Of a stretch of 64,000 bases of DNA, positions 51,401 to 64,000 are shown one piece after another. Each line of letters opens with the position of its first letter. The stretch's first letter is position 1. Location: NCBI RefSeq assembly GCF_963921235.1, contig NC_086108.1:92382001-92446000 (forward strand), read 5' to 3'. The stretch comes from Mobula hypostoma. Taxonomy: Eukaryota. A model generated the notes under the pieces. It was given only the letters and a program-made list of their open reading frames with translations. It had not been told where the DNA came from and did no database searches. The translations under genes were made by a program, and so were the position numbers.

Positions 51401-53145
51401 TCACTAGAGTTGAGCAGCAGCTTCACTACCTGTTACTGTGCAATCAAAACTAAGTTCACTGTCATTTATCTTACTTCCTTCACAGAATCCCTGTAAAAAT
51501 GTTTTATAGTGCAGGCGACCTGGAGTCAATTCCTGCCACTGCCTGTAAGGAGTTTGTACGTTCTCCCCGTGACCGCATGGGGTTCCTCCAGGTGCCCTGG
51601 TTTCCTCCCACAGTCAAATGACGTACTGATTGGCAGGTAAAGTGTCCCTTGAGTGGGCGCAGATTAAAATCTGGGGATTGCAGGATGGTGTGACTCAAAG
51701 GGCCAGAAGTGGTTATTCCCACCTGAATTTCAATAAGTTAAAAAAAATAATAATAGTTCATGAAACAAAGTACAAAAGGGTGTTGCTTGGCATAACTGTT
51801 TACAAATTAGGATTTTTGGCATCAGCTTCATGCTTATGTTAACTAATAATGCAACCATGACTCTACCGTGTGTAGAGTTCATAAACATACAGCTTCAAAT
51901 TAGCCTCCACAATGGAGAAGAATCGAAGTGGAGCAAATCTTTGTATCAATCCTGTATTGCAAACATAGAAATGCCAATATGTGTAGGGCATTGAGGTCAT
52001 GATTTAGGAGCTTTTGTCAGTATTAAAATGTGAGATTGACAGGCTTAATAACAGGTCCTAGCAGACTCTGGATTAGATGTTATTGCTACATTCAAGGCAC
52101 ACTTAATATAGCCTCAACTATCGCACATGTAAACAAAGGTTTTAATGTCTATGTGTTGTTCTTAAAAGAAACCAAATTTAATTTGTTAAAATCTACAATT
52201 CTTGCCTAAATGTATATTCAACCTAAATAACACTCTAAACAAGAAACAAATGGTACTGCAGTACCAGTAAATACTTTGCAAAACTAATTTTTAAAATTAT
52301 GTATTCGTGGTTATAACTTTTGTGAATATGTAGAACTAACAGCTTTGAGGTTCAACATGTAAATATTTGTGTGTGTTATAGTATATATTATAATGCACAC
52401 AGTTATTAATTACTCCTAAGATAACCAACAATCTTGTGAACAATGTTCTGATCACCAGCAGATCAACTTTGACTTCTCATGATAAAATTTCCTGAAATTA
52501 GACAGTGAAATGCAGATTTAAAAATATTAAACAGTTTCATTCCTGCATGTATATAGACAAATTTGATCCTCCCAGCCTGCAGGGAGTAAATTCCCCAAGA
52601 ATGGGGAAAGCATCTTGTGACTTTCTTTTCTAGACTGAAGGCACAATGTAAATGTAAGTCATTCTTTAGCAGGTTTCCAGAGATGAAGAGTGTTGTTGGA
52701 GGTGTTGGTTTGAGTATCCTCAAGGCTGTCATTTGTAAGTTTCAAAAAAAAATTGTAACTTGGCAAGAAAAGATTCCAATAAGGGCATACAATTGGCTGA
52801 CAACATTCTGAGCATCACAAAGTTTTCCAAAATAAACAGTGCAAACCTAAAAGCGTGCCTTTACACAGATCTCGCAGAGTAGGATGTAACTTGGATGTAG
52901 CTCAAATGCCTCCATTTACTCTTTGGTTCAAAAGAAAAATGATCAATCATTCAGTGAATATGCAGTTTGCTTACGTAACCTCTGGATGGTCATTAATGTT
53001 ATGAGCTTAAGTTCTAAGATGCAATGGACACCTGTATTGCTGTACATTACTTTGAAACAGTACATTTTTGGCTATGTGTACAGAATCCCAACTGCAAGTA
53101 CCTTATATAAAAAAACATGAAGATGACACAGTTAAGAGGGAGTCT
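48440..53145 (-). other. TLCD4: Putative long (about 4.7 kb) TLCD4 3' UTR ending near AATAAA signals at 48492-48497 and 48459-48464
   Basis: AT-rich, TE-poor unique sequence following the stop codon. It ends at two minus-strand AATAAA hexamers just before TE-dense DNA resumes. The end point is inferred. Confidence 0.5.
51107..51298. mobile_element. Fold-back insertion of the Penelope-derived short element within a SINE
   Basis: Inverted arms 51139-51200 and 51239-51300; approximate TSD TTAA(CT/TC)GACCAACCCA at 51091-51106 and 51299-51314. Confidence 0.8.
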
Positions 53146-53461
53146 CTATCGCTGTTTTCCATTTTCTTGGATATCTGCTTTATCCTTCCTGCAGGCAAGC
53201 AAAACTTTGTGGCATCCTTTTCCAATTTTATACATCCACATTACATTCATAACATCTAAGCCAATACTAGAAATGATCCAAGAAAGTTGTGCTTTTAGTC
53301 CAAGTTTGTCAAAGGCCTCTGTTCCGAATGCGGAAATCATTTTGTTATAGTAGGGGGGCATAACAGCAATTCTCACCAGGAAGAATATCGCTGCCATCAG
53401 AAGCCCATTAATAATATTTGGTTTGGAGGTTTTTGGGTAACATAATGCTTCAAAAAACCAC
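53146..53461 (-). CDS. TLCD4: TLCD4/TMEM56 last coding exon (WFFEALCYPKTSKPNIINGLLM...LDVMNVMWMYKIGKGC...QENGKQR*)
   Basis: RWFFEAL.YPK and LDVMNVMWM.KI.KGC motifs. CAG acceptor at 53462-53464; TAG stop. Upstream exons were not found and probably lie beyond the window end. Confidence 0.95.
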
Positions 53462-53707
53462 CTGAAAAGCAAACACAATAATAAGAATCACTTTGAATTT
53501 AACATACGATGAAAATACAATTTATGATTTTGCACCATCATCATCATCATCACGGGGAACTTCCACCGTAAACTTACAAATTGACAGCATATTCGATGAC
53601 CAAATGTAACTGTGGTCCAGATCACATGTTTACGTCACACTCTCTCTTCCCAATTGCAATAGTTAGAAGTTCACTAAAGGGGCAATATTCATGCAAAACT
53701 GAGTATA

Positions 53708-54211
53708 CAATCAGTGGCCACTTTATTAGGTATATTTAATGCAAATATCTAATCAGCTAATCATGAGATAGTAACTCAATGCATAAAAACATGCAGACAT
53801 GGTCAAGAGGTTCAGTTGTTGTTCAGGTCAAACACCAGAACAGGGAAGAAATGTGATCGAGGTAACTTTGACCATAGTTGGTGCCAGACAAAGCGGTTTG
53901 AGTATCTCAGAAACTGCTGGTCTCCTGGATATTTTCACACACAACAATCTGTAGAGTTTACAGAGAATGGTGCGAAAAACATCCTGTTCTGTGGGCCTAA
54001 ATGCCTTGTTAATGAAAGAGGTCAGAGATGAATGGCCAGACTGGTTCAAACTGACAGGAAGGCAGCAGTAACTCAATTAACCATGCGTTTCCAACAGTGG
54101 TGTTCGGAAGAGCATCTCTGAATGCACTACATATCAAATTTGGAGTGGATGGGCTACAGCAGAAGATCACAGTGAGTTCCAACCTGTTCCTAATAAAGTG
54201 GCCACTGAGTG
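53708..54211 (+). mobile_element. Tc1-derived non-autonomous element; TA TSD (TLCD4 last intron)
   Basis: CAATCAGTGGCCACTTTATTAGG ... CCTAATAAAGTGGCCACTGAGTG|TA; same internal sequence as 16716-17276. Confidence 0.9.
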
Positions 54212-56079
54212 TATTCAGGACTAAAGAATTAAAATAAAAAAATAAATTCTACAGCTATATCTGTAGAGAGCTGTCTAATAGCATTTCTGCATATTTTCCT
54301 GCAATAAAGATTATCTGTGTGAAAACCATAATTCCTGGCAACACATACAGCTTTATAAGCAATGCAAATCAAACTAGAACAGCTAGTATGAATGGAGGCA
54401 GAAGATTTTGCACAAACTTTGCCACAATCTTCCAGATGCCCAACAGGATGACATCAAAATTTCCTGTGAGTCTTTTGTTCCCTTTCCGCAAAGCTATAGA
54501 GTTTTATATGAAAAGACCCTGTTTCTTAACATCAAGGAACTTTAATCAAAAATCTGAGTTTTCTCCATCATCCATACCAACACAAAGAAAAACCAGGTAA
54601 TCAAATAGTGTAATTACCTGTATTTATCTCCAGTGAATTGGTTAGTGCACTTTGTGTTTAAACAGATGACAGAAAAGTCAATTTTGACATTCAGTTTTGA
54701 TGACAACCATTAGGGCATTGGGGATATAATTAAATTAATGCAATGATTGTTTATAGACAAGGAAGGTCATTGACCCTATCTTGGTTCAGTCACATTAAGT
54801 CTGTCACACTTAATCATTTGCAGGTTGAACTTGAACAGTGCAAATTTAGTTTTAAAATCGCTGTTCTAATTTTTGCTTCAAATTGGAATATTTATCTTAA
54901 CTACAAGACTGGTGGGTTTACACATTAACTAATTTGCTACCTAGCCATATTGGCACTAAGAAAGCAGGCTCGTAGTATTTAGATATACAAGCATTGTAAG
55001 GTCAAGTTCTCAGTTTTTCACAGTCCAACAGTCACACACTTTTCACTTGCTTGAATGAAACATCACACTTTCAAAGCGTATTAAAGACATGATTAAGCAG
55101 TGATGGCCCTTCTGAAATGGCTCTGGTATTCTTGATAATGGCATTTTTACAGAGACATTTGGCAGAGAACTGCAGGACGCAATGCAGTCCAACTCTTATC
55201 CTTTTTGATAGAAGAATGCTGTAAGTCTGAGAAGCTGGGAGAGTTGCTGTAGTGCAATCTGCAGTGGTAAAATGAGTCAATACAGAGAGCAGGAGAAAGG
55301 GCACTCACAACCTAAATAACCTATTTAGGTTTTAACCTATATTTGCTATAGGCAGCTACAGCAAATCAGGCAAATGGCAAACAATCCACCAAATTCCTGT
55401 CTTTAGCCTCATAAGGGGGAGTTTCATGATAAATTATTAAGACTATCCCTCCAATCTCATCCACTCCCTGATCCAATTACATTGCTAGTCAATCGCCACC
55501 TAAGGGTATCAATTGTGTGAGAACTGATGTTGAAAGTCAGGCAAAAGCTGTGGTGAAATAGTATTCATATCAAAGTTCAAAGTAATTTTGTTAACAAAGA
55601 AAGTGAATCTCATCATAGACTACCTTAAGATTCATTTTCTTGCAGGCTGTTTACAGGAAAATAATGAAATGCAATAGGATTTATAAAAAACTACACATAA
55701 CAAAGACTGACAAACAACCAATGTAAAAGGGAAGACAAATCATGCAAATTATACAAAAAAAGTAATACTGATAACATGAGTCATGGAGTCCTTGAGGGCT
55801 GTCAAGTCAGTTCAGTGTTGAGGTGAGTGAAGTTATGCATGCTGGTTCAGGAACCTGATGACTGTACACTAATAACAATAAACTATATATAAACAAAGGC
55901 TGACAACCAATCCACAAAAGACAAACTTTAAATAAAAATAATACTGAGAACAAGTTATAACGAGACCTTGAAAGTGAGTCTGTAGATTGTAGAATCAGTT
56001 CCGAGCAGGAAATGAAGATATCCATTCAGGTTCAGGAGCCAGAGGGTTGTATGGTATTACCTGTTCCTGAACCTAGTGG

Positions 56080-56790
56080 TGTAGGAATTCATCTTGCCTA
56101 TACCTCTTCCCATACATCTTCCTCTCCACTACATCTGCTCCCAGGATGAGGCTTTTCTTTCCAAGACATCAGCACTGACACAACAACCTACAGATGCACT
56201 TTCAAAGACTCTACAACTCATGTTATCAGTATTTTTTTCTATAATTTGCACAACTTGTTTTCCTTTTTGCATTAGTTGTCAAGTCTTTGTTGTGTTTTTC
56301 ATAAATCCTATCGTATTTCATTATTTTCCAGTAAGCAGCCTGCAAGAAAATGAATCGAGGTAGTATATGTTTTTGATAACAAAATGACTTTGAATTTTGA
56401 TACGAATACCATTTCGCAACAACTTTTTCACCCAGAGATATCCTCCTTCTTTAAAGAACAGGGTTTACCTTCCTCAACCATTGACGCTACCCTCAACTGC
56501 ACTTCCTCCATTTTCTACATATCCCCCTCCTGGCACTTAAATATGCAAGTGGCCAAATGCTACATCTGCCCATTCATCTCCTCCATTCAGGGCCCCAAAC
56601 ACTTCACCTGCAAATCTATTGGGATTGTCTACTCTATCTGCTGCTCCCGATGCAGCCTCCTTTGTATTGGTGAGACCCAATATAGGTTAGGAGACCACTT
56701 TGTCAATCATCTCCACTCCATCCACAAATATAGCAGAATTTCCCGGTGGCCAACCATTTTAATTCCCATCCTCACTGCTGTTCCATGGCA
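56080..56790 (+). mobile_element. Degraded Penelope-like element interrupted by a LINE 3' tail (about 56170-56400)
   Basis: ICSQDEAFLSKTS, then ISSFFKEQG...HFTCKSIGIVYSICCSRCSLLCIGETQYRLGDHF. Confidence 0.7.
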
Positions 56791-56921
56791 GCTGTGTAGT
56801 CCACGGTATTAAATAGTTAGATAGTCATAGTTTGTTTCCCAGGTAGCGAGTCTACAACCATGTGGGACCAGCTTGGGCAGGCACCTCAGTCAGTAAGGAC
56901 AAGTTGGGCTGGTAGGCCTGT

Positions 56922-57437
56922 TCCATAAGACCATAAGACAAAGGAGCAGAAGTCGGCCATTCGGCCCATCGAGTCTGCTCTGCCATTTTATCATGAGCTG
57001 ATCCATTCTCCCATTTAGTCCCACTCCCCCACCTTTTCACCATAACCTTTGATGCCCTGGCTACTCAGATATCTATCAATCTCTGCCTTAAATACACCCA
57101 ATGACTTGGCCTCCACTGCTGCCCGTGGCAACAAATTCCATAGATTCACCACCCACTGACTAAAAAAAATTTCTTCGCATTTCTGTTCTGAATGGGCGCC
57201 CTTCAATCCTTAAGTCATGCCCTCTCGTACTAGACTCCCCCATCATGGGAGACAACTTTGCCACATCCACTCTGTCCATGCCTTTCAACATTCGAAATGT
57301 TTCTATGAGGTCTCCCCTCATTCTTCTAAACTCCAAGGAATACAGTCCAAGAGCGGACAAATATTCCTCATATGTTAACCCTCTCATTCCCGGAATCATT
57401 CTAGTGAATCTTCTATGTACCCTTTCCAACGTCAGCA
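56922..57437 (-). mobile_element. CR1-clade LINE 3' fragment with (CTTATGGT)n tail
   Basis: LERVHRRFTRMIPGMRGL...RRMRGDLIETF...RTEMRRNFF. Confidence 0.9.
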
Positions 57438-58877
57438 CATACAACTCTGTACTATACAACTCTGATTATGACTCCACGTGCACTCAGTATTATTTTTATT
57501 TGCCCATTGGTGTTTGTCAGTATGTTTATACACAGCTTTTCATTAAATTCTATTGTATTTCTTTATTTCCTATAAATGCCTGCAAGAAAATGAATCTCAA
57601 AGTAGTATACAGTAACATATACATACTTTGAAAATAAATTTAATTTGAACTTTGAACATGAGGGCGGTGCTTGGCAAAGCCACCCCATATGCATTTGGAG
57701 CATCACCAAAGAGACATCTTGGTCAGTTTTCACATAAACCAGACACACAAATTGTACAACAGTTAAAAGAAAAAAATGCAGTTGCTGTAAACACTCATCA
57801 GGTCACACAGCTTCCGTGGAAGAGCCACTGAGTTCATGCTTTAAGTCAAAATCCCTTCATCGTAACTTTTTCCCATTCTTTAATCTAAAATACTAACTCT
57901 GCACCTCTTTCCACGAATGCTGCTTGACCTGTATTGAGCATTTTCTATTATTTTCGAACATACAGGTATGCACAATCTGATACTGTTGAAAGAAATAACA
58001 AGAAAGTCAAAAACAGAAAAAGAGGGCAACACATAACATTGAAGATAAAATAATTACAAACTACCACACAAATATCTTGGGGAAAAAAAGGTACCCAGAT
58101 CCTAATAAGTATAAAATATTAAATCAGTGATGACGTTTGAAATTCATTCTATTGAAAATATCCTATTTTTAAAAATAAATCCAATAACAAAATGAGCAGA
58201 TTTTAAATGATATTTGCCCAGGTTTTCCAGTGAATGCCTCTTTTGTTGACTTATTTCCTCTCAGCCTTCAGCACTATTGTCACATTGGTTGCTGAAGTTG
58301 CAAATAGATTTTCCTGTAAAACAGGATTAACACCACCACCAAACTGTCAGTACATCATGCTTCCTCGTGTTCAGAAAAGGGAAACGTGATGTACTGACGT
58401 CATATCAATTACAAAGGGGAAAAATGGATTGAAAGACAGGAAAGACAAAAAGATTTTTAAAATCAAAATCTAACAAAAATTGTCTTAAGGAATGTTAAAT
58501 TGTTCTTTTTGGGGGGATTGATTTGCACTGAAGGAACACAAAATAATTTATTCAATAGAACTTGCAACTTTCTATGGTGAAATTAGTTCAGTTTAGATGA
58601 AAATGCAATTTCTTAAAACACACAAGATTTCATTAACCTGAAGCAGAAGGATGTACTGTAAATCATTCAGCAACTTGTTTTGCTTCATGGATTACTGAAT
58701 AAGTTCTTCCTTGCATCAAGTTGTTCACACCTGATCTTAAGCAAGACTCACATATGAACTATTAAAGACCTTTCTAGGATTTTGCAACTAGAAACAAAAT
58801 ACAACTGTTTATTTTTTTGTACAATAAAGCATTACAAATATGAGTGTCATTTTATTTATAAGTACTAGTATACCTAC

Positions 58878-58951
58878 CGCTGGTTAACAAAAGGAGTTGA
58901 CAACTCTGCAATCAGACGAAAGTTAGCAAAATAAGGCAGCATTCCATCAAC
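58878..58951 (-). CDS. TLCD4: TLC domain-containing protein 4 (TMEM56), penultimate coding exon (VDGMLPYFANFRLIAELSTPFVNQR)
   Basis: NFRL.AELS.PFVNQR TLC-domain motif. TAG acceptor and CG|GTAGGT donor; 74 nt, phase 2 matches the last exon. Confidence 0.93.
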
Positions 58952-59924
58952 CTAAAACAGCAAGTTAAAAATTCAAAGTTTATCTATAATACATATGATT
59001 AAACAATTAGATTATTCAAAGTATCTCTGGCTGGAAAACTAAAATTGTTAAATGTCCTTCCATCAATTATATTCCATAAATAATTAAAAATCACAATGTT
59101 AACATATGTTGAAAGTAGAACAATAAACACGTTACATTGTTGATATCTTGAATGAACTGTAAACCAGAACAAAGGGAAAAGTAGTTAGTTAAATATAACA
59201 CAGCCCAAATGTGATCACTGAAAAACAAAGCCTTGTATGTAATTTTTGTTACAGAAGTAAATTTTACTGCTTGTGTTACTTTACTTGCATGCTCTGACCA
59301 GCCACTCTTACACAGTATATTGACTCATGCTCTTACAATGACTTGCCTATGTATAATTCTGGTGTTATTCGTGGAAAGCGGAACTCTAATTTTTTCCCTA
59401 GATATATTTTTCATCAAAAACCTTTATAAACTTCATAAAACCTTTGTAAATGCAGAAAATATTACACATAAACAGAAAGCTACTTCATTTGGTGGAAGAT
59501 GGTAATATAATTTCATCCATACCAGAGGATTAACTTTTATATAATACAATAGTGTGGAAATAGAATAAGAGAGACATGAATTTAATACTTAGTATGAACA
59601 GAGGGACAGAACAGCTGAAATGCACGAACCTCTTGATGAAAATATTAAGCATTATTCTGTAAATGCACTAAAGAAACAAAATGTTTGATCTAATTGGAGA
59701 CTTTATCAAGTGAATCAGCAGCAAACAAATTACAGCAAAACTTGACCCTTACACTTACTGGGAGCTGTAGCATGAGATATCTGTTGAAGCCAAAAGCTAG
59801 TGAACAGCCAGTGACCCACATTATAAAGTACATTTCACAATGTGATCTCAAACCTTTAACAAGAATTAACTGCGGTAAGAAAAACTCACCATATCATAGT
59901 AATGCTCTACGCAATTTCCACTGG

Positions 59925-60345
59925 CTTCAATGAGATCCCTTCATCAGACATTTTCCACTCCCCTCCCCTTTCAGCATTCCAAAGGCACCATCCTCTTTGC
60001 AACTCCCTAATCTATTTTTCCCTTTACAGCAATCACTCCCTTTGTCCAGGCACTTTTCCAGATCACCGCAGAAAATAAAGGGCCTGTGCCTTTTATGTCT
60101 TCCTTTCATATCAAGGAACCGAAATTGTGTTTCACTTGCACTTCTTCCAGTCTAGAGTACTGGATTTGCAGTCTACAATACGGTCTCTACAATGAAGCAA
60201 CTAAATGCAGATTGGTAACCAACCACTTTGCAGAGCACCTGCATTCAATCCAGAGGACCAGCCTTCTTCATCTCACACGCATCTATCTCTGCTCTAATTA
60301 ACACTGTTATACAGACCTCATGTAAGGTGGGAAAACATAATATTG
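59925..60345 (+). mobile_element. Degraded Penelope-like GIY-YIG fragment
   Basis: FTCTSSSLEYWIC...TKCRL..HFAEHLHSI. Confidence 0.6.
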
Positions 60346-63300
60346 AACTCAATAATATCAACATTTAGTTTACTTTCTCAATATTAGAATTAATTAATTC
60401 TTTTGTATGTAACATTTTCTCAATTTTTCCTCTCTCTATGAGCACATCCTGTTCTGCTGGACATTTCCTACCGCTCTGCATTTTGCAACTTTTATATTCT
60501 TTTGTCCATGTTCAATCTCTCCAATTGGCCTCCTTTGCTTAAAAAGAACTAGATTACTTCATCTACAGCGTATCCCTATAGAAACTCTGACCATACTCTA
60601 TCACATATATTCCTTATTTTCATTCAGGCAAAATAAATGTTCAAACATAGTAGGTTACTAACAAAGACAAAAATGACATATCTTCAGCAAAAGAATAGAA
60701 ACATCTATTTTAAAAGTATCTAAAACAAATTGTTCAAAATGTGCAATATAATGAGATCGATCTGATTCCTCATCTATGTTGATAAGACCTATCTCCACCT
60801 TAAGACTAATCTTCTCAACTTCTGTATGACCAGCATCTTAGGGAGCTCCTCATCTGACATCCAGTCCTGGGTGAGCAGAAATGTTTCCCAATTGAACATG
60901 CAAGGTAACAAAGCCATAATTGAGAAAAACTGCATTGTTTGGTGACAGATTCCATCGCCCTCCATTTGGTACTGTCATGCTAACAGGTTTTTTTTTGCAG
61001 CTCTGGTGTTCTATTTGACCCAAGCAAACTTTTGCTTCCAAACCGCCTATCACCAAGAGACTCTGGCTTCATCTGTCTCATTACCTATCCCTGCCCCAGT
61101 GTCAGCTACTGAAATCCTCAAACATGCTCCTGTTGCCTATTGACTCAAATACTTGTATGTCCTCTCAGCTATCCTACTTAGACACCAGTTTATCCGAAAC
61201 TCTGCTGCAATCCTGCACTAATTCGCATTTGCCCTACTGTTCTCTAGCTCCTTTTAAAATTCTCTGACATCATGATACCCCCCGATTCTCTCACCTACAT
61301 ACTCAGCAGTAGTTAAACTGGAGCAACCAGAGGAAGCCCACACAGCCACAGGGAGAATGTGTTATGCCGTAGAGATCACACTCAAGGTCAGGATTGAACC
61401 TGGGTCTCTGGTATGGTGAAGCAGTAGCTCTACTAGCTACCCTACTCTGTCTTCCTGTTAATATAGGATTATCTTAAATGGATGTTTGATGGTCAGTGGT
61501 ACCTTGATGGGTTTAAGGGCCCAGTCTCCTTATCCTTCTCTGTGACTCAAAATTTTTTGTTCCTATCCTTTCTGACCTCCTTTAGCTATATAAGCCTTTG
61601 AAAACTCCACATTTCTCAAACCTTACCACCCTGTTCTTCTAACAGCTTCATATTTTTCCTATTACCGCATATTTCTTAAAATAATTGTCAAATTATTTTT
61701 CAGTATTCTTTTTCAGTATCAGTTTTTTTAATTTGCATAATTTGTCTTCCTTTGCACAACAGTTGCTTTACAGTTTGTGTAGTTTTTCATAAATTCTAAA
61801 GCATTTAATTTTCTGTAAATGCCTGCAAAAAATGAATCTCAAGGTAGCATAGGTATCATATACGTACTTTGATAATAAATTTTACTTTGAATTTGACTGA
61901 GTGACAAACACTTAGCAGTTCAGGAATAGCTTCTTCCCCTCTGCCATCCAATTTCTGAATGAACATTGAACCCATGAACACTGTTTTTTAAAAAAATATA
62001 TTATTTCTGTTTTGTACTATTTTAATCTAACTATTTAATATACATATATACTTACTGTTAATGATTTCCTTATTTTTTCCCCTTCTATATTATCACGTAT
62101 TGCATTGTTCTACTGCTGCTAAGTTAGCAAATTTCATGACACATGTCAGTGATAATATCTGGACAATACTCCACTAGTCAAGTGGGAAACAGCAGGTTAA
62201 GGAGAACACATTTATTCCTAAATACTTAAGAATAGTCCAACTGCAGTATTTGGTTAAATGTCAAATATTTTACCATTCCATTCTTCTCACAAACCTTCAA
62301 GTCACTTCCCCCTCCATCCCTCTTAAGTTGAAAATTCCTCCTCTACACCGTGCCTCTTATCCCCAAATCATCGTATCTGGTTCTTAACAACCACCTGTAT
62401 TTAAACAGAAGGGAATTAATTTGCCGTGATCTATCCCTTTTCTCCATCACCCAAAATGCCGGGGCACAGTGCCAACCTTGTGATCACCACTATTAACAAC
62501 AGAAATTAGATTTAATTTTGTTTCAGTATAGTTTGTGCCACATTAAATAAGCATGCAGTCCATCTGCAGCTACACAGATGAACTGCATGGAGCTCTTAGC
62601 TTTACGTTAAGAAGGATTGACATACGAATAAATACCCCATTCATCTGAATTAATCACTAACCTGGGGGAAAAGGCAAGGGTTGACCTCTTACTTGTTTAA
62701 CTTTAATGCTTTGAATTATATGCTAGTATTCTATCATTTAATTTTTATTTCTAATATTTAAATTATTTAAATCATTGAGTAATTTTCAAATGCCTCTAAG
62801 ACATTTAAAATCAATTTAAATGCCTTTGATAAGTTTTCTATCTGCTTGGAGCATGACTATAGGGAACTCAGCATAACTCAACATTCCTATGTCCATCATT
62901 TCAAAAGAGTGGATAGTTTCATACTGAAGTTACAATCTACAGATAACGATGTGTCACAATAGCTGAAGGCAAACCTATTGTGCCTGATTCTGGCAGTTAT
63001 ATCTTTAAAGCTTTGAAAGTAATTCATATTTTTTAAGTAAAAATCATATTGATCCTTTGTTGAGCCTCAATCCAAGAGTCCAGTTCAAAGATATTCATTC
63101 ATACTATACCCTCATGCTTCTGAAGCTAAAGGAGGATTACCTGAAATATTAATATCTGCTACACAGCCTCAAGCCAATGAATTCCCAGATGCCTTTCATC
63201 AGGGAGCCTGGGGCAGGATTTCAGTTTTCACTGGCAAATATTGAATGTCCCAGATCATTTGAATAAAACCAGAGGACAGGTTTAAGGTAAGAGGCAGACC

Positions 63301-64000
63301 ATCTGAAATCTTGAAGACAAAACTGAGGGAGTGGTGGCGATAGAACAAGTCACAACATTTGATTAGAACCTAGGCAAACATTTGAATTTCCAACATATGG
63401 AACAAGTATTTAACTAAATGGAACAAGTATAACTAGATGCTTGACACTCAGAGCAATGATTCTAGGACCTTATACAGTGGCACAGAACAGGTTTCAATTC
63501 ACATACAGCTTTATCTTCATCATACTGTAACAGAGAGGGCGAAGGCAACAGTATAGGATTAAATTATGAGAAGCACATTTCAACACCCATGAGCTAGAAG
63601 TTGTGCAGAAGGATGACTTGAAACAAAATAATGACAAAATGAGTAAGATGCACACTTATGCAATTTGCAGTACCTGACACACTTTTTTTGATTCCTGCCA
63701 CTCCTTACACCCTAGCAAATATAAAATAAACATAATTGTTTACAACAAATGCACTTTTACACCTTTGAGGAAAGTAGTAATCTTGCGGATGCCTATTATG
63801 TATAATTAAAAGTTTACTTACTGTGTTATAGGTGCAAGTACTCATAAATAAAATCAAAGAAAAAGATTCACAACCAAGGTTGAAGCATTGTATACTAGTA
63901 CCATTATATTCTGGTAAGTCCATTTTAGTATTAGACAATATAATTGTTCTATAAACAGCAATAGTATCTAAATGCAGGCAAGGAAGTACAGAAGCTCACT

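Noticed and set aside
59000..64000. A further upstream TLCD4 exon (the HH-containing exon)
   Set aside because: No matching translation with splice sites was found; it probably lies beyond the window.

Overview
This is eukaryotic, repeat-rich vertebrate DNA. The repeat inventory (CR1, Rex1/Babar-type LINEs, V-SINEs, Penelope-like elements) suggests a cartilaginous fish, probably a ray or shark; that is inference. Two host genes lie head-to-tail on the minus strand. (1) The last two coding exons of TLCD4/TMEM56 (58878-58951 and 53146-53461), with a probable long 3' UTR to about 48.45 kb. (2) A complete HCCS (holocytochrome c synthase) gene with six coding exons from 39877 to 26346 (828 nt, 275 aa), a non-coding first exon and a GC-rich promoter near 43.0 kb. 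The rest is largely degraded, often nested transposable elements. The most notable non-coding signal is a family of short Penelope-derived elements carrying a minimal hammerhead-ribozyme motif (CAGUC-CUGANGA-stem II-GAAA-CG-UH-GACUG). Two copies have an intact core and many are decayed. Several were inserted as fold-back units flanked by target-site duplications (TSDs), including a 62-bp stem in the putative TLCD4 3' UTR. No prokaryotic-type system was found. All calls were read by eye; TE family names come from remembered motifs and were not searched against a database.
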